Counted from the first letter of the stretch, positions 37,904 to 49,344 are shown. The stretch: DNA of 64,000 nt from Candidatus Pacebacteria bacterium UBA1364 (GCA_002306345.1 DBRQ01000009.1:85197-149196); one strand, 5' to 3'. Numbers and translations are program-made. Notes: a model not told the origin generated them from the letters alone.

Positions 37904-38614
37904 ATGGGAAAAGAAAACAGAAGTGCTGTGGAAATGGCGACGAGCATTGGTAGCGAACCAAGTCAACTGGATGAAAAATGGTCTTTGCTTGGCAAAATCA
38001 ATTTTACTAATATTTTAGAAAGTTTGGGTGAAGAACTTGATTTTGATCAATCAGAATGGCAAAGCATTCTTGCTCTCTCTGGTGTGTGGATGCTAAATAA
38101 TTTGGATAATCAAATTGTTGATTTAAAAAATAAGAAGGTGGAGCAAAACACAGCCGTTGAGTTAAGAAAAATGTTTGGTGTACCTTTATCTTTATTGGCG
38201 ATGCCCGTATTTATAGAATTAGAAAAAATGGAAGTTAATGCAAAAAAAGCTTTAAAAGAAGAAGCCGCCGCGACCGCACAAATTTTGGAGCAAATTAATA
38301 ATACATTGCTTTACATGGTTCAGCTTGTTTTAGCAGAGCAAATTAATTTGGTTGAAGAAGAGATTTCTGTTCATCAAGCGGCTTTAGATGCTTCTCAAAA
38401 AGAAGCAGAAGGAATGCCAGCTTTAGGAACAACAATGCAACATGTGGAAGGACAATTTAAAGAAAAAATGGAACAATTGCAAGAAAGAAAAAATCTTTTA
38501 ACTGATACTTTTTCTAAAGTAGGTGACAATTTAAAAAGTTCTATTGGAGAGGTTTTTGAAACCACTGTTTTTAGTGCGAAAGATCAGAGTCCAGTGGCAA
38601 ATGCTATCACTTAA
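37904..38614 (+). CDS. Hypothetical coiled-coil protein
   Basis: 236-aa ORF with GAAAGG 7 nt upstream of the ATG. No TM helix, no recognised motif, and helical heptad-like composition. Confidence 0.65.
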   Translation: MGKENRSAVEMATSIGSEPSQLDEKWSLLGKINFTNILESLGEELDFDQSEWQSILALSGVWMLNNLDNQIVDLKNKKVEQNTAVELRKMFGVPLSLLAMPVFIELEKMEVNAKKALKEEAAATAQILEQINNTLLYMVQLVLAEQINLVEEEISVHQAALDASQKEAEGMPALGTTMQHVEGQFKEKMEQLQERKNLLTDTFSKVGDNLKSSIGEVFETTVFSAKDQSPVANAIT

Positions 38615-38648
38615 TATAAAATGACCAGTTTTTAAAATATGAAATTTG

Positions 38649-38719
38649 ATCCCGGGTCAGGATTTGAACCTGAAACAACTGATTCAGAGTCAGTTATGAT
38701 GCCATTTCACTACCCGGGA
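38649..38719 (-). tRNA. tRNA-Gln (anticodon CUG), CCA not encoded
   Basis: Minus strand reads TCCCGGG-TA-GTGA-AATGGCA-TCAT-A-ACTGA-CTCTGAA-TCAGT-TGTT-TCAGG-TTCAAAT-CCTGA-CCCGGGA-T. It has a U1-A72 pair, and the 3' flank is CAAA. Confidence 0.85.
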
Positions 38720-38767
38720 GGGTAATTTTAAGATTTTTTTATCCCCTGATTATATAACACAATTAAT

Positions 38768-39439
38768 ATGAAGAGGATATTAATTCTTGATAACGATTGG
38801 CTTATTTTATCTTCTTTGAGTAATTTTTTAAGAAAAAAAGGCCATTTGGTAAATTGCGCTCAATCCATTGCAAGAGCAGAAGATTTGTTAATCAAATATA
38901 AATTTGATTTATTTTTATGTGAGCGCATTTTGACAGATGGCGATGTTATAGATCTTTTAAAAAAAATTAAGGAAAAAAAACTTTTCATGAGAACTTTAGT
39001 TTTTAGCAACAAAAAATCTTTGGTGGATCGAATTACTGTTTTAAAATTAGCCAATGATTTTTTAGCTAAACCATTTAATTCCATTGAACTCTGTTTAAAG
39101 ATAGAAAATCTTTTGCATTTAGAAAAAATTGAAACCAGTGGTTTTATTGAAAATTCCCTTTTTTTGTTTAAAGATGCCAATGTTATTGAAGATCATAATC
39201 ATTTTCGCCCTCAAGAACTAAAAATTCTTGAGTGCCTCTTTCGACATAAAAACATAGTTGTTTCCTACGAAACGATTTCTGCTTATGTTTGGGGATATAA
39301 AGAACCGCTTCCTTTGAAAAAAACTATTAGTGTTTACGTTCGGAGAATTAGAACAAAACTTTTTTTGAAAAATTTAAAAATTATTACCATTAAAAACAGA
39401 GGTTATAAACTTATTGATTTAGAGGAAAATAGCATTTAA
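38768..39439 (+). CDS. OmpR/PhoB-family response regulator with Glu at the predicted phospho-acceptor position
   Basis: Receiver domain (ILILDND..., FDLFLCERILTDGD, FSN, KPF) plus a winged-helix output domain (VWGY...SVYVRRIRTKL...NRGYKL). Confidence 0.85.
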   Translation: MKRILILDNDWLILSSLSNFLRKKGHLVNCAQSIARAEDLLIKYKFDLFLCERILTDGDVIDLLKKIKEKKLFMRTLVFSNKKSLVDRITVLKLANDFLAKPFNSIELCLKIENLLHLEKIETSGFIENSLFLFKDANVIEDHNHFRPQELKILECLFRHKNIVVSYETISAYVWGYKEPLPLKKTISVYVRRIRTKLFLKNLKIITIKNRGYKLIDLEENSI

Positions 39440-39881
39440 TTGTAGTGCCTTTATTTTTTTGAGAAATTATTTTAATATGACCGTTGAAGAATTTTTTAAT
39501 GGCTTGATTGGTCTGATAAATATTTAGATTTGTTTGATCTTCTTTAAAAATAAAAGCAATTTGTGTGATCAATTTCTTTTGCAAAAAAGAGAGCCCTTTA
39601 CCACCATGGGTGACGCTGATGGACAGTTCTTTCTCATTTTCAATTTGGCTAGTAATTAAAATTATTCTATTTGTTAAACTATCTTGGTAAGCTTTGCTGG
39701 CATTATTGATTAAATGAAAAAGTATTTCTTGAAAAAGAGCTTTATTGCCGCATAATTCCAATTCGCTTGGTATGTTTGTTTTAAAACTATAAATGAAATT
39801 TTTTTGACTCAAAGCGCTTAGTTGTTTGACTTCTCTAGTGGCAGCATTAACAAGAAATTTTTTCTTTTTAATTTGATTCAT
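39411..39881 (-). CDS. Stand-alone histidine-kinase-like ATPase (CA) domain protein, degenerate
   Basis: 156 aa with an N-box-like HLINNASKAY and a degenerate G1 (THGGKG). There is no DHp/H-box and no TM helix. It is the last gene of the minus-strand glycosylation operon. Confidence 0.6.
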   Translation of the reverse strand: MNQIKKKKFLVNAATREVKQLSALSQKNFIYSFKTNIPSELELCGNKALFQEILFHLINNASKAYQDSLTNRIILITSQIENEKELSISVTHGGKGLSFLQKKLITQIAFIFKEDQTNLNIYQTNQAIKKFFNGHIKIISQKNKGTTIKCYFPLNQ

Positions 39882-39926
39882 ATAAGAGAGGATTTTAAGA
39901 CTCTAACTTAAAATTTACTTAAAATC

Positions 39927-41420
39927 TCACTCTTCTATTTTCCACACTTGCAAGCAGGGCGCTTGATTGATTCGACAAAAACTTGCCAAAAGTTGAGATG
40001 TTGGCAAATCCATTTCAAGTCGATGAGAATTAACCACTAGCAATTTAAGATCAAATCCTTGAGCTTTCTGCCAAAAACTTGAAGGAATTTCTCGAATTGG
40101 TTGACCAATACCTTCCACATAAATGTTGTCGACATTTTGATTGTGTAAATTAAGTAAAATACCATCGGGCAAGGTGCCAAAATAACCTTCAGTGGCGACA
40201 GCCACTCTTTGTGTTTGAGCGAATTTTTCAATCATTTCGCTAATTTCTTTAATACCGTGGCCAGAAGACCATTCTTCTAGGAATTGTTCACGATCGATTT
40301 TACTGAGTTGCAATTGATCAACATTAAAATAAGCATTTTTGATAAAGAGCAAATAGGGCAAGATGATTAACAAAAGAGCTAAAGATTGAATGATTTTTTT
40401 ATTACGCAGGTTATGTAATGAAATGGCGGCCGAACTCAAAAAAAATAAACTACTGCTCAAAATGTAGCGAGGATAAATAATCTTGCCAAGTAAAACAAGA
40501 GGTAAAATAAAAACTATTGCTGAGCAAAATAAAATACTTTGTTTGCGACGAGTTTTTTTAAAAGCTGGTAAGGCTAAAACGAGCACAACTGGGCCTAAAT
40601 AAGTCATCAATTGTTCCATAAAAAATTTGGTATTTCTTATTATGACTGGCCAAATTGCTGTTGAAAAAATGACTGATTTATCTTGTAAAAAATTACCGCC
40701 GACCGCAAACAATTGGCTAAATAAAGGTTCATTCTTAAAACTGGCAAGAGCCAAACCGGCTAGAATTAGGCCCAAACTGATTTTTAAAGCTTTATTTATG
40801 AATAACTGCAGATTTAATTTTTCTGCAAAAAAAATGGCCAAGTAAAAAACAGGAATAAAAAGTAAAGCCGGAGTTTTACTCATAATTGCCAGAAAGAAAA
40901 ACAAAGCTAAACCTAAAACTGGCCAAAAACTTTTATTTTTTACAATTAAAAGCACGAAATAATAAGAGACAGTTAAATTGGCAAAAAGCAGTGCATCGGT
41001 GATGGCTAAACGATTGTGAAAAAAAATAAATGGATTAATGATAGCTAAAAACATAGCTATATAAGCTGCTTTTTTTTCATGGAGCTTTTTTAAAATTAGA
41101 AAAATAAAAGAAACATTCATTGCGCCAGCCAATACTGAAACTAATCTAGCGGCGAAAAGTTGATCAGTAAAAAGACGCAAAAATGGCACCGTCAACCACA
41201 TTAACAGTGGCGTTTTACCATCATTCATTGGGTAAAAAAGGTAACGTGAAAAATCATCAATAATGAGTTGAGACCAACGAATATAGATTGCTTCATCAGC
41301 AAAAACAGGCAGTGTGGTTAAGTTAAAAAGATGTAAGACAAAATATAAAACTAAAAGAGCCAAAAAACAAAGCAAGCTTTTATTTTTCACGTCTTCTATT
41401 AAATAGGAAGATAGCCCCAC
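39927..41420 (-). CDS. GT-C membrane glycosyltransferase (ArnT/PMT_2-like)
   Basis: 497-aa polytopic ORF with first-loop motif PVFADEAIYIRWSQ and a C-terminal soluble domain. Confidence 0.78.
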   Translation of the reverse strand: MGLSSYLIEDVKNKSLLCFLALLVLYFVLHLFNLTTLPVFADEAIYIRWSQLIIDDFSRYLFYPMNDGKTPLLMWLTVPFLRLFTDQLFAARLVSVLAGAMNVSFIFLILKKLHEKKAAYIAMFLAIINPFIFFHNRLAITDALLFANLTVSYYFVLLIVKNKSFWPVLGLALFFFLAIMSKTPALLFIPVFYLAIFFAEKLNLQLFINKALKISLGLILAGLALASFKNEPLFSQLFAVGGNFLQDKSVIFSTAIWPVIIRNTKFFMEQLMTYLGPVVLVLALPAFKKTRRKQSILFCSAIVFILPLVLLGKIIYPRYILSSSLFFLSSAAISLHNLRNKKIIQSLALLLIILPYLLFIKNAYFNVDQLQLSKIDREQFLEEWSSGHGIKEISEMIEKFAQTQRVAVATEGYFGTLPDGILLNLHNQNVDNIYVEGIGQPIREIPSSFWQKAQGFDLKLLVVNSHRLEMDLPTSQLLASFCRINQAPCLQVWKIEE

Positions 41421-42630
41421 TAAGCAAGAGGTAGAAAATTGGAATTAGCCAGGTGATGCCAATTTGCCAGGTGAGCAGTTTGCTAGTATCCAGATCAAAA
41501 CTCATCCAAGGAAGGTAATAAAGCCATGGTAAGTAACGTAGTAAAGAAGAAACAGAGAAAACTATCAATAAATTACGCCAGAATTTATTTTTGACAAATG
41601 GAATAAAAACTAAAGGCCAAAGTAAATACCAAGGTAGAAATTGTTTAGAACGTTCTGTAAAAAGTGGTAAAAATAGAACTAAGCTCATGAAATCAAAATT
41701 GTATTTAGATGCACTTAATTTATATTTTGCTAATGGACTCTTATTTAATTTTTCTTTAAATATAAAATAAAAAATGAATGGTACTAAAACTAAGGTGGCA
41801 TATTTAATAGAAATAGAAATTGCCATTAAAATTATAATTAAAATTAGTTTAATCAATTTATTTTTTTCCAAGTGATTAGTTAAATTAAAATGGCTGCCTA
41901 AATCTAACTGGTTGGCTAAATAAAGAGCCAATAAGGCTGGAGCCAACATCCACAAATCATTATGAGCACTACTTAGAACCTCTATTAAGACAAGAGGATT
42001 GAAAAAAAAGATGGCTAATTGGCGATAATTTATTTTTTTAAAGAACTTTTCACTAATTGATAAAGTTAACAAAAGGGACAAGAAAGCGAATAATTTAAAA
42101 ACAATAAAGGTAAGTGAGAATTTTCCTAAACCAGCCAAATAAGGTAGCAAAGATAAAACTGTCCAACCATAACCGTAGGGAGCAACACTGTGGGTGTTAT
42201 TCATAAAACGCAGCATTGGTTCACTTGGAAAATCTAAAGCTGTTTGTATATGAGGATTACCACCCAGCTCAACTACCATTTTGGCATTAAAAATATAATT
42301 GAACAGGTCATGAGAAAGAGCATTGTAAGAAAAAATCAAAGGTAAACTAATAATAATTAAAAATTTCCAGAAATTTTTTTTATTATCTAAATTTAATTTA
42401 GACCAATTTTTAAGAACTAATAAATAATTACAAAAAATTAAAATAATTAAAACAAAAAAGAAAATAGTGCGAAAATTTCGCAATGGCAAAACATTTTGCC
42501 ATAGATAAGTCTGAAAATTAGTGAAGAAATTAACGTTAAATAGAGTCAAATTTGGATCGGTTAAAACGAAGGAAAAAACTGCAAATATAACGAACAAAAT
42601 AAAGTAACTTTTAAGTAAAAAACTTTTCAT
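41380..42630 (-). CDS. Polytopic membrane protein, GT-C-like (tentative)
   Basis: 416 aa with about 11 TM helices and a loop motif LSHDLFNYIFNAKM. It sits between GT2 and GT-C genes and overlaps its neighbours by 41 nt (downstream) and 4 nt (upstream). Confidence 0.6.
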   Translation of the reverse strand: MKSFLLKSYFILFVIFAVFSFVLTDPNLTLFNVNFFTNFQTYLWQNVLPLRNFRTIFFFVLIILIFCNYLLVLKNWSKLNLDNKKNFWKFLIIISLPLIFSYNALSHDLFNYIFNAKMVVELGGNPHIQTALDFPSEPMLRFMNNTHSVAPYGYGWTVLSLLPYLAGLGKFSLTFIVFKLFAFLSLLLTLSISEKFFKKINYRQLAIFFFNPLVLIEVLSSAHNDLWMLAPALLALYLANQLDLGSHFNLTNHLEKNKLIKLILIIILMAISISIKYATLVLVPFIFYFIFKEKLNKSPLAKYKLSASKYNFDFMSLVLFLPLFTERSKQFLPWYLLWPLVFIPFVKNKFWRNLLIVFSVSSLLRYLPWLYYLPWMSFDLDTSKLLTWQIGITWLIPIFYLLLSGAIFLFNRRREK

Positions 42631-43382
42631 TGTTTTGGATATTTATTTGTCCAATCAGCTTTTTTAATACGTAAAATATCGATAAACATTAAAACAGAAT
42701 CTCTAATTGGATTAACTCGATTAGTTTGAAAATGTTTCCACAAAATTGGTACTTCTTTGAGAGCAAAATTATATTTTTTGGCCAAATAAAGTAATTCAAC
42801 GTCAAATGCGCCAGTAAAAGCATTCTGTTGTTCATTTTTACCAGAGTAAATATAAAGATTTTCAAAAAGTTTGACTGTAGCTCGTTCAGAGAGCAGCTTG
42901 AAACCACACTGGGTATCTTGTACACCTGGTACTGCTAATAATTGTACAATCAAATTAAAGCCTCGACCCATGATGTGCCTATAAAACGGCTCTTTTTCTC
43001 TTTTAGCTCCAGTCAGTTCTCGTGAGCCAAAAATGACTTCATATTGGTTAGTATATTTAAGAAGTTTGCGTACTTCTCTTAGCGGGGTAGATTGATCAAA
43101 ATCGGTGAAAAGTCGCCAACTACCCGTTGCCTGTAACATACCAGTTTTGACGGTAGGGCCTTTGCCTTTATGTGGATTAAGAATTACTCTGATACGATCG
43201 TCTTTTTTACTAAATTTTTCTAATAAAACAGCTGTATCATCGCTACTGCCATCATCGGAGAGAATCAACTCCCAAGTTCTTTCGTAATCTCGCAAAAATT
43301 GATAAACTTCATCTAGCGAACCACGAGCAATATTTTTGCTTTCATTATAGGATGGTAAAATGACTGATAAATATGGTTTCAT
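42627..43382 (-). CDS. GT2 polyprenyl-phosphate hexosyltransferase-like (ALG5/dolichyl-phosphate glucosyltransferase-like)
   Basis: SVILPSYNES, LSDDGSSDDT, TDFDQSTP (DxD region), and a soluble protein of about 250 aa. Confidence 0.8.
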   Translation of the reverse strand: MKPYLSVILPSYNESKNIARGSLDEVYQFLRDYERTWELILSDDGSSDDTAVLLEKFSKKDDRIRVILNPHKGKGPTVKTGMLQATGSWRLFTDFDQSTPLREVRKLLKYTNQYEVIFGSRELTGAKREKEPFYRHIMGRGFNLIVQLLAVPGVQDTQCGFKLLSERATVKLFENLYIYSGKNEQQNAFTGAFDVELLYLAKKYNFALKEVPILWKHFQTNRVNPIRDSVLMFIDILRIKKADWTNKYPKQ

Positions 43383-43390
43383 AAGTTTTT

Positions 43391-44929
43391 TTAATTATAA
43401 CTTTGTAAGACAGTGATTTCTGGGCCATTTTCTATTTGGAAAACTTCCTTAATATTTTTATTTGGAAAAACCACAATTTCGTAAATTAAAGAATCTAAAA
43501 CATTTTTTTCTGTTTTTTCTTCATTGATAATGAAAAGCTTGCTAGCTGATTGATGATCTTCAATTTTAACCGGTTCATTTTCATTAGTACTCAAAAAGTA
43601 TCGATAATTCATGCCATAAAGGTCTTTGCTTGCTGACAACAAAACAATGTTATATTTTTCGTTTTTATCCACTCTTTGATAAATTGCTTGGCTGGTCTTA
43701 ATCATGTCATCCATCGTCCAACTACTATCTGCTAGAGTATATCTTTTGCTATTGTTGACGATAAAATAAATTAAAAATGGTACCAACAAAATTAACATTA
43801 GCCATTTATTTTTAAATTTAGCAAAGAATAAACCGTAAAAGATATAAACAAAAGGAAAAAGATAGGCAATGTAATGTTCATAAACTTGGTGTTGATAAAA
43901 GCTGATGCCGATTATTCCTGATACTAGATAGGCTAGTAAAACAATTTCACTAGCTTTAAGTTTTTTTCTATTTTTAACCAGATAAATAACGGTTACGATT
44001 AAAGTAAAGAATAGCATTGGGTGGTTATTTTTATTAACTCCAAAACTTGGTTCGAAAAGGACTTGAGAGGCACGATCTTTTAGATCAATACTGATAAATT
44101 TGGTAATGGCAGATAAACCTTTTCTGTCAGCTTTTCTCTCTAGATTAAAACTTTCTTTTTCAGTCAAAATTGAAGTAAAAGATCGGTAGTTAATAAAGTC
44201 GTGTTTAAAATCGAAAAGGATGAGGGGTGTGAGAGAGAGAAAAAAAATGATGACAGCCAATAAAATATTGCTGATAAATTTTCTTTCTTTTTTAAAAAAA
44301 TTTTTCTTTTGTAATTTAATTTTTGCAATTAATTGTATTAGAAAAATTAAAAAAGCCCCTAAAAATGATAGCAAAGTAACGTAATGTAATTGAATCAAAA
44401 TAGCAAAACAAAGTGAAACAGCAAGCCAATATTTGCTATTTTTTTGCCAAGATAGATAGGTAAAATAAAACATCAATAAACTAAAAAATGGTGCGATGTT
44501 GGGATTCCAACTAAAACGAGCCAAATTAACTACGGCAGCGGATAGAGTAAAAAATATGGTGGCTAAATAGGCAGTTTTTTGGTCAAAAATTTTTTTACTG
44601 ATTTGAAACAACAAAAAAACAGTTAACACGGACAAACCGGCTACAGCATAAACTGGACCCATTGGATTGGGATAAGAGAGAAACAAGAAGGGCAACATAA
44701 AATAATAATAAAATGGTCCCAAATACATGTTGCCAATGCTGGTGACTGGGCCAATAAAAACGGGGTCTTTGTCCTTAAAAATTTGTGAAACTATTAAAGC
44801 GTCTCTACCTTGATCACCTTGGAACATAAAAGAATTCCTCAGGTTGTAGAAACGTAAATAAATAGCTAAAAGTAAAATTAAAAATAAAAACACATCTTGA
44901 GTTTTTATTTTTTTAATCAGAGAAAGCAT
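43391..44929 (-). CDS. GT-C membrane glycosyltransferase (ArnT/PMT_2-like)
   Basis: 512-aa polytopic ORF with first-loop acidic motif FQGDQGRDALIV and a C-terminal soluble domain. Confidence 0.72.
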   Translation of the reverse strand: MLSLIKKIKTQDVFLFLILLLAIYLRFYNLRNSFMFQGDQGRDALIVSQIFKDKDPVFIGPVTSIGNMYLGPFYYYFMLPFLFLSYPNPMGPVYAVAGLSVLTVFLLFQISKKIFDQKTAYLATIFFTLSAAVVNLARFSWNPNIAPFFSLLMFYFTYLSWQKNSKYWLAVSLCFAILIQLHYVTLLSFLGAFLIFLIQLIAKIKLQKKNFFKKERKFISNILLAVIIFFLSLTPLILFDFKHDFINYRSFTSILTEKESFNLERKADRKGLSAITKFISIDLKDRASQVLFEPSFGVNKNNHPMLFFTLIVTVIYLVKNRKKLKASEIVLLAYLVSGIIGISFYQHQVYEHYIAYLFPFVYIFYGLFFAKFKNKWLMLILLVPFLIYFIVNNSKRYTLADSSWTMDDMIKTSQAIYQRVDKNEKYNIVLLSASKDLYGMNYRYFLSTNENEPVKIEDHQSASKLFIINEEKTEKNVLDSLIYEIVVFPNKNIKEVFQIENGPEITVLQSYN

Positions 44930-44935
44930 TGTTTT

Positions 44936-46111
44936 TTAATTTTTCTTTTTTTTCCAAATAAAAGTGTTATAAGCAAAAAAATTCCAAAACATGCCAATTA
45001 AAATGCCAACGACCGCAGAAACGGTGCCAGTATCAACAACATAATGGAACAAAGGTAGAGTGAACATTGGTTTAATTCCGATGAATTTTGAGGTAGCAAA
45101 AGCGATGACAGTCTGAATCAAAATAGAACCAGCACTAGATAAATTAAAAGTGAGAAAACTTAAAGGAATTTGTTTGGTTTGGAGTTTACGATCTTTGAAT
45201 GTCCATAAGTTGCTTAAAATAAAATTAGAACAAACAGCGGTTTCAATAGCTAAGAAATTGGCCAAAACAAAAATTTGTTCTGAAGGAAAGACCACACGCC
45301 ACAACTGCAAAGCTACTAGTTGTACAAGAGCACCAAAAGCGCCCACCATAGCAAATTTTACCACTCTTTTTCCTAAAATTTCTTTAATTCTCACTTTCAT
45401 AAGATATAACAAAGTATTTTTAATATACTCTGGTCCAATTTTACTATTACCTGCTACTCGATCTTTGAATTTAAATGGCACTTCCGTGATTTTAAAATTG
45501 GCGCGCAAAGCTTTGTGCAAAAAGCCAATTTGAAAAGTATAACCTGAAAATCGTTCGCTGTGGAGTTCTTTTTCTACCGTTTGATAAACATTTTTTCTGA
45601 TTGCACGAAAGCCTGTGGTCCAATCTCTGATAGAAAAATCTAGCATTAAAAAATTAATAAAACGGTTGCCAATTACACTTAAAAATTTACGATGTATACC
45701 CCAATCTTGAGGGATAGAACCACCTTTAATGTATCTGGAACCTAAAACAAGATCGTAGCCTTGGTCTATTTTAGCTAAAAATTCTGGAATCTTTTTGGGA
45801 TCATGAGAAAGATCAGCATCAAACTCAAAAACTACATCCGCTCCTAATTGGTTAAAAGCTTGATTCATGCCACTTAAATATGCTCCTCCGAGACCAGATT
45901 TTTTCTTATTGACCAAAAGATTTAAAAATTTTATTTTTTTCTGTAATGCTTTGACAAGAATCGCTGTGCCGTCTGGAGAATTATCATCTACCACCAAAAT
46001 TTGCATTTCCCAATTTTTAATTTTTTTAAAAACTAATTCCAAGGCATTGATAGTCTGAACAATATTATCTTTTTCGTTGTAAGTGGGAATAATTACAATG
46101 GCTTTTTGCAT
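44936..46111 (-). CDS. Polyprenol-phosphate mannosyltransferase-like GT2 (DPM1/Ppm1-like) fused to a GtrA-like 4-TM domain
   Basis: IIPTYNEKDNI, VVDDNSPDGT, FDADLSHDP and GSRY motifs. The C-terminal ~130 aa has 4 hydrophobic helices (VKFAMVGAFGALVQL...), typical of GtrA. Confidence 0.85.
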   Translation of the reverse strand: MQKAIVIIPTYNEKDNIVQTINALELVFKKIKNWEMQILVVDDNSPDGTAILVKALQKKIKFLNLLVNKKKSGLGGAYLSGMNQAFNQLGADVVFEFDADLSHDPKKIPEFLAKIDQGYDLVLGSRYIKGGSIPQDWGIHRKFLSVIGNRFINFLMLDFSIRDWTTGFRAIRKNVYQTVEKELHSERFSGYTFQIGFLHKALRANFKITEVPFKFKDRVAGNSKIGPEYIKNTLLYLMKVRIKEILGKRVVKFAMVGAFGALVQLVALQLWRVVFPSEQIFVLANFLAIETAVCSNFILSNLWTFKDRKLQTKQIPLSFLTFNLSSAGSILIQTVIAFATSKFIGIKPMFTLPLFHYVVDTGTVSAVVGILIGMFWNFFAYNTFIWKKKKN

Positions 46112-46112
46112 T

Positions 46113-48025
<1,913 letters not shown>

Positions 48026-48063
48026 ACAGTCAATTCCTAACTATTTTCACACGTCAAACTTTA

Positions 48064-49344
48064 TTATCTTTTACCAATTCCCAAGTAGTGATATTGCCAA
48101 TTTTTAATTTGTACTGCATTAAATTGGTTGCGACAGTCAATAAAAAATTGCAGTTTTTCGGTTTTCACTTTGGAAAAATCAAAGTGAAGAATTTCTGGCC
48201 ATTCTATAACTGCCATAATGATGTCAGCTCCTTCGCAAGTCTCTTGAATGCTTGAAAATTGTGTTTGAACTTCAGCCCCGGAAGGGATGTATTTTGCTAC
48301 GGGATCATAACTCCTAATTTTGGCAGAGTGTTGACTTAAAAAAGGAATAATTTTTGTGGCTGGCGCTTCTCTAGTGTCATCGGTATTAGGTTTAAAAGAT
48401 AAACCCAAAACAGCAACAGTTTTGTTTTCAAATCCACCAGTTTCTTGCATGAATTTATTTAAAAGGCGAAAGATGCGGTTTTCATTGATCTCATTGACAC
48501 GATTTAACAAATTGCCCTCTTCACCAATACTGCGTGAATAAGCAGCTAATTCTTTAACATCTTTTGGAAAACAAGAACCGCCATAACCAAGACCTGGATA
48601 CCAGTAATGTTGGCCAATTCTTTTATCATAACCGATAGCTTGAATGACCTCTTGAATGTCGGCACCATTTCTTTCACACAGATTAGCAATTTCATTAATA
48701 AAAGTGATGCGAGTGGCTAAATATGAATTAGCAGTATATTTGGCCATTTGTGCAGAAGCAATTTTACAGCGAATTATAGGGGCATTTAAAGTTTGGTGCA
48801 ATTTTTGCAACTTATCAAAGACAAAATCGTCTTCGGTGCCGATGACAATTCTATCTGGATGAAGAGTGTCGTAAACGGCCGAACCTTCTCTCAAAAATTC
48901 AGGTAAAGACGCGCCGTAAAAATGAACATTTGTTTTTTCTTTAACAATGGCAAGAGTTTTTTCTAAAGTACCTGGCGGAACTGTTGATTTAATGACAATA
49001 ATAGCGTTTTCTTTTAAATATGGGGCCAACGACTGAGCGCTGGCGAAAACAAAACGCAAATCGGCCGTACCGTCAGCCGCCGAAGGAGTACCTACAGCAA
49101 TAATGATGATTTCTGCTTCTTTAATAGCTTCCCTATAGGAAGTAGTAAATCTTAGTTGACCTTTTTGTTGCTGCTCTACCAATAAATCTTGAAGGTCTGG
49201 TTCATAGAAAGGCACTTGGCCTTTTGCCAGCAGTTGAATTTTTTTTTCATCAATATCAAGTCCAATAACTTGATGACCAAAAGAGGCATAAACAGCAGCA
49301 GAAACTACCCCCACAAAGCCAGTACCAATGACCGTTATTTTCAT
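48064..49344 (-). CDS. ugd: UDP-glucose 6-dehydrogenase
   Basis: MKITVIGTGFVGVV, GGSCFPKD catalytic Cys motif, and GLSFKPNTDDTREAP. Confidence 0.92.
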   Translation of the reverse strand: MKITVIGTGFVGVVSAAVYASFGHQVIGLDIDEKKIQLLAKGQVPFYEPDLQDLLVEQQQKGQLRFTTSYREAIKEAEIIIIAVGTPSAADGTADLRFVFASAQSLAPYLKENAIIVIKSTVPPGTLEKTLAIVKEKTNVHFYGASLPEFLREGSAVYDTLHPDRIVIGTEDDFVFDKLQKLHQTLNAPIIRCKIASAQMAKYTANSYLATRITFINEIANLCERNGADIQEVIQAIGYDKRIGQHYWYPGLGYGGSCFPKDVKELAAYSRSIGEEGNLLNRVNEINENRIFRLLNKFMQETGGFENKTVAVLGLSFKPNTDDTREAPATKIIPFLSQHSAKIRSYDPVAKYIPSGAEVQTQFSSIQETCEGADIIMAVIEWPEILHFDFSKVKTEKLQFFIDCRNQFNAVQIKNWQYHYLGIGKR

